Below are positions 9,225 through 21,693 of a DNA stretch of 64,000 nucleotides, in pieces (within the stretch, counting starts at the first letter, position 1; every line of letters starts with the position of its first letter). Below the pieces are notes generated by a model. That model did not search any database and was not told the DNA's origin. It saw only the letters and a list, made by a program, of their open reading frames with translations. The position numbers were made by a program, and so were the translations under genes. Origin of the DNA: Xanthobacteraceae bacterium (GTDB lineage Bacteria; Pseudomonadota; Alphaproteobacteria; Rhizobiales; Xanthobacteraceae); assembly GCA_035293985.1 (NCBI GenBank), contig DATGLS010000054.1, positions 50,245-114,244 of the forward strand, written 5' to 3'.

Positions 9225-9408
9225 TGGCCCGCCGCGCCCTAAGTCATGCGGCGATCTGCCTTGACCCTGCGGGGCGGTGGGTTAACACTCCGCCTTGTTC
9301 CGATCCGGCAAATCGGGCAAAAACGCCGCGATTCCGCCCGTGAATTTCGCCATGGCCTCGGGCGAACGCGAAAATCAGGCCATTTGCAGACAATTCGGGA
9401 GAAGCTCA

Positions 9409-9879
<471 letters not shown>

Positions 9880-9950
9880 TGGATTCCACGGCCGCTCCCA
9901 GTGCGGCCGACTGACGGAAAAGGGAGACGTTCCACCCAAGGAGTCCGCCC

Positions 9951-12317
<2,367 letters not shown>

Positions 12318-12349
12318 ACGGATTTAACGGATAGAGACGGAGAAAGCGG

Positions 12350-13150
12350 ATGTACAACTTCACCTATCATCGTGCGAGCGGCCTGCGCCAGGCGCAGAAC
12401 CTGATGGGCAAGCTCGAGGACGCAAAGCTCCTCGCCGGCGGCATGACGCTGCTGCCGACCATGAAGATGCGGCTCGCCTCGCCGGCGAATCTCGTCGACC
12501 TCGATCGGGTCGAGGGCCTCAACGGCATCGAGCTCAAGGGCCGCTCGCTCGTCATCGGCGCGCTCGCGCGCCACGCCGACGTCGCCAACGACCCGACCGT
12601 CGGCGAGGCGATCCCGGCGCTCGCCAACCTCGCCGGCATGATCGGCGATCCGGCGGTACGCCACCGCGGCACGCTCGGCGGCTCGGTCGCCAACAACGAC
12701 CCGAACGCCGACTATCCGGCGGCGTGCCTCGGCCTCGGCGCCACCATCATCACGACCAAGCGCAAGATCCCGGCCGACGAGTTCTTCAAGGGCCTGTTCG
12801 AGACCGCGCTCGAGCCCGACGAGATCATCACCAAGGTGAGCTTCCCGCTGCCCAAGAAGGCGGCCTACATGAAGTTCCGCAACCCGGCCTCGCGCTACGC
12901 CCTGGTCGGCGTGTTCGTCGCCAAGCGTCCGTCCGAGATCCGTGTGGCGGTGACCGGCGCCGGCGCGTCGGGCGTCTTCCGCGTGCCGCAGTTCGAGGAG
13001 GCGCTCAAGAAGCGCTTCTCGCCCAAGGTGCTGGAAGGCCTCACTGTGCCGGCCGACGGCCTCGCGAGCGACATCCATGGCAGCGCCGAATATCGCGCGC
13101 ACCTGATCGGCGTGATGGCGCGCCGCGCGGTGGCGGCGGCGGCCGAGTAA
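12350..13150 (+). CDS. coxM: FAD-binding medium subunit (CoxM-like)
   Basis: 266 aa; MYNFTYHRASGLRQAQNLM...LLAGGMTLLPTMK, the FAD_binding_5 pattern. Confidence 0.9.
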   Translation: MYNFTYHRASGLRQAQNLMGKLEDAKLLAGGMTLLPTMKMRLASPANLVDLDRVEGLNGIELKGRSLVIGALARHADVANDPTVGEAIPALANLAGMIGDPAVRHRGTLGGSVANNDPNADYPAACLGLGATIITTKRKIPADEFFKGLFETALEPDEIITKVSFPLPKKAAYMKFRNPASRYALVGVFVAKRPSEIRVAVTGAGASGVFRVPQFEEALKKRFSPKVLEGLTVPADGLASDIHGSAEYRAHLIGVMARRAVAAAAE

Positions 13151-13167
13151 GCGGCAGGTTGTGATCT

Positions 13168-13299
13168 TTTACCGTCCCCTGGAGGGGGAGGGCCGCGAGC
13201 GAAGCGAGGCCGTCGTCGTGAATCGCGGCGGCGTCACCCCACTCCGGATCGTCTTTCGCTTCGCTCAAGACGATCCCCCCTGCAGGAGAGGGTAACGGC
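13168..13299. repeat. Family H inverted-repeat element (CCCCTGSAGGGG-type arms)
   Basis: ttaccgtcccctggagggggagggc ... cccccctgcaggagagggtaacgg flanking an internal gcgaagcg/cgcttcgc hairpin. Confidence 0.65.
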
Positions 13300-13304
13300 C
13301 CGCC

Positions 13305-14525
13305 TCAATCGCAGAGCTTCGCTTTCACCAGCACGCGCCGCATCTCGCTGCGGGCGTGGCAGGCGCTGGCGACGAGCCGCATGGCCTCGTCGCGCCGTCC
13401 CTGCTCGAGCAGGACCATGGCGAGCATGACTTCCGCCTGATCGCGTACAGCGCCGCCGGCGGCATCCGTCGATGCCAGCGCGAGCGTCTGGCGCAGTTCC
13501 GCCTCGGCCGCCGTGAGCTGTTGCGCCTCCCCGAGCGCATAGCCCCGCAGCAGGTGGGCGCGCGGATCTTTCGGATAACGGGCGAGCAGATCGGAGGATC
13601 GCTCCGCGCCGGCCTGCAGCGTCGCCGGCATCTCGGCGGCCGGAATGTAGTCCCGCGCCTGGACCGCGTAGGCGCCAAAGTGCGTGGCCGCAAAGGCCGA
13701 ACAGGCGAGCGATCCGGCGAGACCCGTCAGTGCGATCATGCCGGCGAGCCGCGCGAAGCGCGGCTGCGGGCTGTGGGACCAGATGGCGCAAATGACCATG
13801 CCGAGCGCGCCGCCTGCGATCGCGCCGCCGGCGTGGGCGAAATAGTCGACATGGCCGGAGGCGCCGAACGCGAGCGGCAGGAGCGCCGGCACGCCGAAGC
13901 GCAGCGCCGTCTTGCGCATCCGCTGCTGCTGGTCGTCGTCCGCATAGGGGTTGAAGCTCATGACGAACAGCGCCGCGACGAGGCCCGTGATCGCGCCCGA
14001 GGCGCCGACGCTCGGCAAGCCGGGCAGATTGCCGCAGAGCGATCCGATGACGCCGCCGAGCCCGCTCGCGACGAAGACGAGAATGAACCAGCGGCGGCCG
14101 ATCATCGGCTCGAGCCGCAGGCCGACGAAGAACAGCGCAACGCTGTTGCCGACGATGTGCGAGATGCTGGCATGCAACAGCGGCGCGAGCCCGATCCGCC
14201 ACCACTGCCCGGACCCGATGACGAGATCGCGGCTGACCGCGCCGAAGGCAATCAGCGACTGCACGCTCAGATTCCCACCTTTGGCGATGTCGAAGGCGAA
14301 ACGCGTCTCGGCCCAGAAGATGAGGGCCAAGAGGGCGATCAGACCCACCGTCAGATAGGGCAGGTCGTTGAGCAGCGGGTTGTCGCGGAATATCTCGTCA
14401 AAGGCGGACGGCTCGCTCGGCGCGGCGATCGACGCGGCTGGTGCAGCCGCGACGCGCGCCGGCTGCAGGTCGCGCGGGAGGCCGCGCGGCACCGCCGTGC
14501 GCCGGCCAAAGGTCTTCGTCGTCAT
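13305..14525 (-). CDS. Rhomboid-family intramembrane serine protease with a C-terminal TPR-like region
   Basis: 406 aa; SVGASGAITGL serine motif and HAGGAIAG histidine motif within a polytopic core. Confidence 0.85.
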   Translation of the reverse strand: MTTKTFGRRTAVPRGLPRDLQPARVAAAPAASIAAPSEPSAFDEIFRDNPLLNDLPYLTVGLIALLALIFWAETRFAFDIAKGGNLSVQSLIAFGAVSRDLVIGSGQWWRIGLAPLLHASISHIVGNSVALFFVGLRLEPMIGRRWFILVFVASGLGGVIGSLCGNLPGLPSVGASGAITGLVAALFVMSFNPYADDDQQQRMRKTALRFGVPALLPLAFGASGHVDYFAHAGGAIAGGALGMVICAIWSHSPQPRFARLAGMIALTGLAGSLACSAFAATHFGAYAVQARDYIPAAEMPATLQAGAERSSDLLARYPKDPRAHLLRGYALGEAQQLTAAEAELRQTLALASTDAAGGAVRDQAEVMLAMVLLEQGRRDEAMRLVASACHARSEMRRVLVKAKLCD

Positions 14526-14671
14526 GGTTCGCCCCGCGATGTCGGCCGGGGCGATTCAAGAAGCGAACGCGTTTGCGTCGCGTTAGCGGCCGCGCGCACA
14601 AATCGGCGGGATTGCTGGGATGGTAACGAAACGGTTGCGCCGATCCATCAAAAGTGCGGGATCGCCGCGCG

Positions 14672-15232
14672 TCATGCCCGCGCCTTCTCGAGCTCCGCCA
14701 GAAGATCGCGCAGATCGAGCGGATGGGTGTACATGCGCAGGCCGCCGTCGGGGCGTTGCGGCCACATCTCTTTCGGCCGATCCCAGTAGAGCTCGACGCC
14801 GTTGTCGTCCGGATCGCGCAGATAGAGCGCCTCGCTCACGCCGTGATCGCTCGCGCCTTCGAGCGGGATTTTCGCGACGATCAGCCGGCGCAGCGCGTCG
14901 GCGAGCAGGCGCCGCGTCGGGTATAGGATCGCGGTGTGATAAAGGCCGGTGGTCCCGGGTGCGGGCGGCGAGCCGCCGAGGCTTTCCCAGGTGTTGAGCC
15001 CGATGTGGTGGTGATAGCCGCCGGCCGAGATGAAGGCGGCCCCGGGCCGGCTCGTGGTGAGCTCGAAGCCGAGCACGCCGCAATAGAAGTCGAGCGCGCG
15101 CTGCAGGTCGGCGACCTTGAGGTGGACATGGCCGATGCGCACGCCCGCGTCGATCGTGGGGAATTGCACGGCTTCTTTCGCGATATCGACCGGCTTGTTC
15201 ATGGACGCGGGTCCCGTGAAGATTTTCGTCAT
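14672..15232 (-). CDS. VOC/glyoxalase-family protein (extradiol dioxygenase-like)
   Basis: ORF 14672..15286; start moved by codon arithmetic to the MTKIFTGP methionine; IGHVHLKVADLQRALDFYCGVLGFEL. Confidence 0.8.
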   Translation of the reverse strand: MTKIFTGPASMNKPVDIAKEAVQFPTIDAGVRIGHVHLKVADLQRALDFYCGVLGFELTTSRPGAAFISAGGYHHHIGLNTWESLGGSPPAPGTTGLYHTAILYPTRRLLADALRRLIVAKIPLEGASDHGVSEALYLRDPDDNGVELYWDRPKEMWPQRPDGGLRMYTHPLDLRDLLAELEKARA

Positions 15233-15290
15233 ATGTAAGGTACCGCCTGCGCCGGCAAAAGGCCCGCACTCTCGGCCGCCAAACACGACT

Positions 15291-15440
15291 CCTCATCCTG
15301 TGAGGAGCTTGTCTTCGCGGAGCGAAGACAAGTGTCTCGAAGGATGGGTCGAGCGCATTTGCGGCGTCACTTGCGCCCGTGGCCCATGGTTCGAGACGCG
15401 CCGCCGCAAGTGCGGCCGCGCTCCCCACCATGAGCCGGAG
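15291..15440. repeat. Family C-related repeat (copy C4, divergent)
   Basis: tcatcctgtgaggagcttgtcttcgcggagcgaagacaagtgtctcgaaggatg, followed by further repeat-like sequence; boundaries approximate. Confidence 0.5.
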
Positions 15441-15612
15441 AAGAATTTTTCGGCTGATCGGCAAAGGCGACGGCGCACCGCTTCACCTTAAGCCAGAAGA
15501 TGAACACTATGTCGGCGTTCCGCCGGCGCGCCGGTTTTCGGCAGCCCCGCCATGCATTTGCGGGCTTTTCGTGTTGCGCGACATCGGCGCCGCGACGATA
15601 TAGATTGGATCA

Positions 15613-16545
<933 letters not shown>

Positions 16546-16547
16546 CG

Positions 16548-16600
16548 CTTCCCCTCCCCCGTGCGACCCGCGTGCGGGGGAGGGCCGGGGAGGGGGCGAG
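16548..16600. repeat. Family D G/C-run hairpin element (copy D1)
   Basis: cccctcccccgtgcgacccgcgtgcgggggagggccggggaggggg; related sequence continues into 16640-16700. Confidence 0.65.
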
Positions 16601-16623
16601 TCAGAAAAGCACGATGTAATGGC

Positions 16624-17904
16624 ATGACCGATCCACTTGCCCCCTCCCTGTCCGGCTTCGCCGGACGTCCCTCCTCCGCAAGCGGGCGAGGGGAAGCAAG
16701 CGCCGGTCGCCTCGCGGACAACATCGTCCATTTCGCGCGTGCGTTGCGCGCGGCGGGGCTGCCGGTGGGGCCGGGCGCGGTGCTCGACGCGCTGCAGGCG
16801 GTGCAAACGGCGGGCGTCGGCACCAAGGACGACTTCTACTGGACCCTGCACGCCGTGTTCGTGAAGCGACACGAGCAATCGATCATCTTCGAGCAGGCGT
16901 TTCGCATCTTCTTCCGCAAGCGCGGCTACCTCGACCAATTGATGGCGATGCTGCTGCCGCAGGCGCCGGGCGCGCCCGCGGCGCCGCCGCCGCCCGCCGC
17001 GACCCGCGTGCAGGATGCGCTCTTTGCCGAGATGAAAGACAAGCTCAAGCCGGAGGAGCGTGAGATCGAGCTCGACACCACCTACACGGTATCGGACCGC
17101 GAGCTCTTGCAGAAGAAGGACTTCGCCCAGATGACCGCCGAGGAGATCGCGGCGGCGCGGCTTGCGATCGCCCGCATGGTTCTCTCGCTCGACGAGGTTA
17201 AGACCCGCCGCCTCACGCCCGACCGGCGCGGCCACGTCATCGACATGCGCCGGACGCTGCGCGCCAGCATGAAGGCGGGCGGCGCCTTCATCGATCTCAA
17301 ATATCTGGGCGTGAAGACCAAGCTCCCGCCGATCGTCGCGCTGCTCGACATCTCGGGCTCGATGAGCGACTACACGCGGCTCTTTCTGCACTTTCTCCAC
17401 GCCGTGACGGATGCGCGGAAGCGCGTGCACACCTTTCTGTTCGGCACCCGGCTCACCAACGTGACGCGGGCGCTCAAGGCGCGCGATCCCGACGAGGCGC
17501 TCAGCGCCTGCTCGGCGAGCGTGCTCGACTGGTCCGGCGGCACGCGCATCGCCACCTCGCTGCACGTTTTCAACAAGCAATGGGCGCGCCGCATGCTCGG
17601 TCACGGCGCGATCGTGCTGCTCATCACCGATGGGCTCGAGCGCGACCCCGACGACCGCCTCGCCTTCGAGATCGACCGGCTGCACCGCTCCTGCCGGCGG
17701 CTGATCTGGCTCAACCCGCTGCTGCGCTTCGAGGGCTTCGAGGCCAAAGCCAAGGGCATCCAGACCATTTTGCCGCACGTCGACGAGTTCCGCCCGATCC
17801 ACAATCTCGAATCGATGGCCGAGCTGACCCGGGCGCTATCGGCGCAAGGCGGCCGGCGGGGGCATCTTGGCGATCCGAAGGAGTGGCTGCGGCGGGTGGC
17901 GTGA
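16624..17904 (+). CDS. coxE: VWA domain protein (CoxE-like)
   Basis: ORF 16561..17904, start moved to the only nearby ATG at 16624; LADNIVHFARALRAAGLPVGPG and a C-terminal VWA region (LLDISGSM). Confidence 0.85.
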   Translation: MTDPLAPSLSGFAGRPSSASGRGEASAGRLADNIVHFARALRAAGLPVGPGAVLDALQAVQTAGVGTKDDFYWTLHAVFVKRHEQSIIFEQAFRIFFRKRGYLDQLMAMLLPQAPGAPAAPPPPAATRVQDALFAEMKDKLKPEEREIELDTTYTVSDRELLQKKDFAQMTAEEIAAARLAIARMVLSLDEVKTRRLTPDRRGHVIDMRRTLRASMKAGGAFIDLKYLGVKTKLPPIVALLDISGSMSDYTRLFLHFLHAVTDARKRVHTFLFGTRLTNVTRALKARDPDEALSACSASVLDWSGGTRIATSLHVFNKQWARRMLGHGAIVLLITDGLERDPDDRLAFEIDRLHRSCRRLIWLNPLLRFEGFEAKAKGIQTILPHVDEFRPIHNLESMAELTRALSAQGGRRGHLGDPKEWLRRVA

Positions 17905-17927
17905 TATATATTGGGGAATAACGGTTT

Positions 17928-18048
17928 CCGTCATTGCGGGGCGGGCGCCGCCCGCCGAAGCAACCTCGCTCCACGGCTAGGGATTGCTTCGTCGCGGAGC
18001 CCGTGCTCGGGCCGCGCCTAGCGACCCCGAGTGCTCCTCGCAATGACC
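17928..18048. repeat. Family F inverted-repeat element (GTCATTGCG termini; copy F1)
   Basis: ccgtcattgcgggg ... cctcgcaatgacc termini. Confidence 0.7.
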
Positions 18049-18066
18049 TTATGGAAGGAGATGGCG

Positions 18067-18405
18067 ATGGAGAAGATGGAAACGCTGGCGCGTGACGAGG
18101 ACATCCTCAAGGCCGCCGAGGACTGGCGCAAGGCCGGCAAGGGCGTGGCGCTCGCGACCGTGGTCGAGACCTGGGGCTCGGCCCCGCGGCCGGTCGGCTC
18201 CAATTTGGTGATCGACCAGGAGGGCAACTTCCTCGGGTCGGTGTCGGGCGGCTGCGTCGAGGGCGCCGTGGTCACCGAGGCGATGGATGTGATCGATTCG
18301 GGCAAGCCGCGAATGCTCGAGTTCGGCGTCGCCGACGATACGGCCTGGAAGGTCGGCCTGTCGTGCGGCGGGACGATCCGGGTGTATGTAGAGAAGGTGG
18401 ACTGA
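18067..18405 (+). CDS. XdhC/CoxI-family maturation factor (short N-terminal-domain protein)
   Basis: ORF 18031..18405; start moved to the ATG 6 nt after AAGGAG; ALATVVETWGSAPRPVGSNLVIDQEGNFLGSVSGGCVE. Confidence 0.8.
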   Translation: MEKMETLARDEDILKAAEDWRKAGKGVALATVVETWGSAPRPVGSNLVIDQEGNFLGSVSGGCVEGAVVTEAMDVIDSGKPRMLEFGVADDTAWKVGLSCGGTIRVYVEKVD

Positions 18406-18432
18406 GACCAATTAACTCGGCCACCAAACCAA

Positions 18433-18546
18433 CCCGTCATCCTGAGGTGCGAGCGTAGCGAGCTTCGAAGGATGATCGGCCGAGGTGGCGCCACTTGGGC
18501 CGTCGCCCTTCGGCCGCGCTTCCCGCAGCCGTCTCAGCGTCACGGG
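18433..18546. repeat. Family C MITE-like element (copy C1)
   Basis: cccgtcatcctgaggtgcgagcgtagcgagcttcgaaggatg ... gtctcagcgtcacggg. Confidence 0.8.
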
Positions 18547-18585
18547 TCTGATGATTGAGCAAGGTGCAGACGAGAGAACAGATTC

Positions 18586-19287
18586 ATGCGTCTCGATATC
18601 CTCAAATCCCTCAACGCCGAGCGCGCCGCGCGGCGCGCCGCGATCGTCGTCACCGATGTCGCGAGCGGCGACCAGCGTTTCGTCAAGCGGGCGGACGTCG
18701 CGCGCGATCCGCTGCGCGACGCGCTCGAGGCGGCGCTGCGCTCGGGCAAGAGCGGCATGGTCGAGACGCCGCAAGGCAAGGTCTTTCTCACCGTGCATGT
18801 GCCGCCGACGCGGCTGGTCGTCACCGGCGCGGTGCACATCAGCCAGGCGCTGGCGCCGATGGCGAAGCTCCTCGGCTATGACGTCGTGATCGTCGATCCG
18901 CGCACGGCGTTCGCGACGCCCGAGCGCTTCCCCGACGTGAAGCTGATCGCCGAGTGGCCCGACGTCGCGCTGCCGCCGCTCAATGTCGACAGCTACACGG
19001 CGTTCGTCGCCCTTACGCACGATCCGAAGATCGACGACCCGGCCCTCACGCACGCGCTCGAGCGCGACTGCTTCTATATCGGCGCGCTCGGCTCGCGGAA
19101 GACCCATGCGCGCCGCATCGAGCGGCTCAAGGGACAGGGCATTGCGGCGGACGCGCTCGGCCGCATCCATGCGCCGATCGGGCTGCCGATCGGCGCGGTG
19201 TCGCCGCCCGAGATCGCGCTCGCGATCATGGGCGAGATCACGGCGCGGCTGCGGCTCGCGCCCGAAAAGGCGGAGAAGGCGGCATGA
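18586..19287 (+). CDS. XdhC-family protein with a Rossmann-like C-terminal domain
   Basis: 233 aa; LVVTGAVHISQALAPMAKLLGYDVVIVDPR ... YIGALGSRKTH. Confidence 0.85.
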   Translation: MRLDILKSLNAERAARRAAIVVTDVASGDQRFVKRADVARDPLRDALEAALRSGKSGMVETPQGKVFLTVHVPPTRLVVTGAVHISQALAPMAKLLGYDVVIVDPRTAFATPERFPDVKLIAEWPDVALPPLNVDSYTAFVALTHDPKIDDPALTHALERDCFYIGALGSRKTHARRIERLKGQGIAADALGRIHAPIGLPIGAVSPPEIALAIMGEITARLRLAPEKAEKAA

Positions 19288-20900
19288 AGTTCGGCGCCGT
19301 CGCGCCGGCCGACGCCAAGGGCGCGATCGTCGTTCACTCGATCCGCTCCGCCGGCCTCGTGCTCAAGAAGGGGACTGTGGTGGGCGAGCCCGAGATCGCC
19401 GCGCTGCGCGCGGCGGGCATTCCATCGATCACCGTGGCGCGGCTCGAGCCGGGCGACGTGTCGGAGGATACGGCGGCGGCCGAGATCGCGGCTGCCGTCG
19501 CGGGCGAGGGCGTGCACGTCGATCGCGCCTTCACGGGCCGCGCCAACCTGTTCGCCGAGGACGCCGGCGTGCTGGTCGTCAATGAGGACGCCATCGACCG
19601 CCTCAACGAGGTCGATCCCGACATCACGCTGGCGACGCTCGAAGCGTTCGCGCCGGTGGTGGTCGGCAAGATGATCGCGACCGTGAAAATCATCCCGTTC
19701 GCGGTGTCGAAGGATGCCTGCGATCGCGCGCTCGCCGCCGCGCGCGGGGCAAAGCCGCTGGTGCGCGTCGCGCCGTACAAAATCCGCAAGGTGGGCGTGA
19801 TCTCGACACTGCTGCCGGGCCTCGCCGACAAGGTGATCGACAAGACGCTGCGCGTCACCCTCGACCGCCTCGCGCCCGCCCATGCGACGATCGTCGCCGA
19901 GCGGCGCGTGCCGCACGAGACCCAGGCGCTCGCGCGCGCGCTCGAGGAGGTGCTCAAAAGCGGCGCCGAGCTCGTGATCGTGTTCGGCGCCTCGGCGATT
20001 GCAGACAAGCGCGACGTCATTCCGGCCGCCGTCGAGGCGGTCGGCGGCGAGATCGAGCATTTCGGCATGCCGGTCGACCCCGGCAACCTGATGCTGGTCG
20101 CGCACGCGAACGGCCTGCCGGTGCTCGGCGCGCCCGGCTGCGCCCGCAGCCCGAAGGAGAACGGCTTCGACTGGATCCTGGCCCGCCTCTTGTGCGGTCT
20201 GCCGGTGCGGCGCCGCGATATCACCGGCATGGGCGTCGGCGGCCTGCTGATGGAGATCGTGACCCGACCGCAGCCGCGCGAGAACGAGGCGCCGGCCGGC
20301 CGGCGCGTCGCCGCAATCGTGCTCGCCGCGGGCCGCTCGACCCGCATGGGCGGGCCGAACAAGCTCACCGCCGAGATCGGCGGCAAGCCGCTGGTGCGCA
20401 TCGCGGTCGAGCAGGCGCTCGCCTCGCGCGCCCGGCCGGTCGTGGTGGTGACCGGCCATCAACGCGAGCAGGTGGAAGCCGCCCTCAAGGGCCTTTCGGT
20501 CAAGCTCGTGCACAATCCCGATTACGCCGACGGCCTCTCGACCTCGCTCAAGGCCGGCATCGCGGCGCTGCCCGCCGACGCGGACGGCGCAATCGTCTGT
20601 CTGGGCGACATGCCGCAGGTCGATGCTGCCCTGATCGACCGCCTGATCGCGGCGTTCGACCCGGAGAAGGGGGCGCTCGTCGCGGTGCCGACCATCGCGG
20701 GCAAGCGCGGCAACCCGGTCGTGTGGTCGCGCCGCTTCTTCGCCGATCTCGCCAAGCTCGACGGCGATATCGGTGCGCGTCACCTGATCGGGACGTACCC
20801 GGAGGCGGTCGTCGAGGTGCCGGTGACGGGCAATGGCGCGCTGGTCGACGTCGACACGCCGGACGCGCTGCGCGCCGTGAAGGCGGAAATCGAGGGATGA
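19284..20900 (+). CDS. Fusion of a molybdopterin-binding (MoCF biosynthesis) domain and a MobA/MocA-like nucleotidyltransferase
   Basis: In-frame ATG 19284 overlaps the previous stop (ATGA); C-terminal AAIVLAAGRSTRMGGPNKL ... DMPQV nucleotidyltransferase motifs. Confidence 0.8.
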   Translation: MKFGAVAPADAKGAIVVHSIRSAGLVLKKGTVVGEPEIAALRAAGIPSITVARLEPGDVSEDTAAAEIAAAVAGEGVHVDRAFTGRANLFAEDAGVLVVNEDAIDRLNEVDPDITLATLEAFAPVVVGKMIATVKIIPFAVSKDACDRALAAARGAKPLVRVAPYKIRKVGVISTLLPGLADKVIDKTLRVTLDRLAPAHATIVAERRVPHETQALARALEEVLKSGAELVIVFGASAIADKRDVIPAAVEAVGGEIEHFGMPVDPGNLMLVAHANGLPVLGAPGCARSPKENGFDWILARLLCGLPVRRRDITGMGVGGLLMEIVTRPQPRENEAPAGRRVAAIVLAAGRSTRMGGPNKLTAEIGGKPLVRIAVEQALASRARPVVVVTGHQREQVEAALKGLSVKLVHNPDYADGLSTSLKAGIAALPADADGAIVCLGDMPQVDAALIDRLIAAFDPEKGALVAVPTIAGKRGNPVVWSRRFFADLAKLDGDIGARHLIGTYPEAVVEVPVTGNGALVDVDTPDALRAVKAEIEG

Positions 20901-20973
20901 GGCGAATAGCGAATAGCGAATAGCGAATAGTAAGGGGCTTACCCTACTAGCTATTCGCCATTCGCTGCTCGCT
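20901..20973. repeat. Family A heptamer palindrome (copy A3)
   Basis: Four perfect tandem GCGAATA units, then loop gtaaggggcttaccctac, then ctagctattcgccattcgctgctcgc; starts 1 nt after a stop codon. Confidence 0.85.
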
Positions 20974-21046
20974 CTCCAGTTCTTTCACCAAGTGGCAACG
21001 ATTCGCTCCTAACCTCGGATCATTCCTTTCGGGGGAGGGGGACTCC

Positions 21047-21427
21047 ATGACGCGCGTTTCGCGGGCGCTCGCCTGCATGGCGGCAGGCATCTGCGTGTGG
21101 GCGGCCAGCATGACATCGGGGCAGGCTGCGGGCGCGATGGCGATCGGCGCCTGCGCGGCCTACGGCTACGCCTTCGACTATCGCAGCGCCGACGCGGCGC
21201 GCACGGCCGCGGAGGGCAAGTGCACCGGCGTCAACTGCAAGGTCGTGCTGATGCTGCGACACAGCTGCGGCGCCTTCGCGATCGACGGCCACCGCCCGTG
21301 CGGCCCGCATGGCTATGCCTCGGCGCGCCGGCTCGGCGAGGCCGAGAACGTCGCCCTCAAGAGCTGCTACAAATTTGGCGGCAAGGACTGCGTGATCCGC
21401 GCCTTCGCGTGCGACGTGAAAGGCTGA
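21047..21427 (+). CDS. Exported DUF4189-like Cys-rich protein
   Basis: 126 aa; signal peptide; GAMAIGACAAYGYAFDYRSADAARTAAEGKC...NCKVV...CGAFAIDG pattern. Confidence 0.7.
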   Translation: MTRVSRALACMAAGICVWAASMTSGQAAGAMAIGACAAYGYAFDYRSADAARTAAEGKCTGVNCKVVLMLRHSCGAFAIDGHRPCGPHGYASARRLGEAENVALKSCYKFGGKDCVIRAFACDVKG

Positions 21428-21557
21428 GGGCGTCTCGATCGCCGGAGGGCGCGCGGCCGCGGCGCCGCGGCCCGGTCAATGCCACCGCAACTATGTAGGA
21501 TCGTTGATATTTCCGGCTTGTGCCGCCGCGAAAGTGCAGTCGTTCGGCGGGGCTTGA

Positions 21558-21581
21558 TTATGACTGACTAGTCAGTCATAA
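21558..21581. promoter_or_regulatory. Perfect 24-bp palindrome, candidate TetR operator O1
   Basis: TTATGACTGACTAGTCAGTCATAA, 113 nt upstream of the TetR start. Confidence 0.6.
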
Positions 21582-21619
21582 TATCGCTCAGCGTGGCGAG
21601 CGAAGGCTCTCGCGCATGG

Positions 21620-21644
21620 TTATGACTGACTGTTCAGTCAGCAA
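21620..21644. promoter_or_regulatory. Imperfect second copy of the operator (O2)
   Basis: TTATGACTGACTGTTCAGTCAGCAA; shares the TGACTGAC/GTCAGTCA half-sites. Confidence 0.5.
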
Positions 21645-21693
21645 TTCCTGCATCGTGTATCGGCGGCAGATTTTCGAAGCCGGGAGACAGGTG

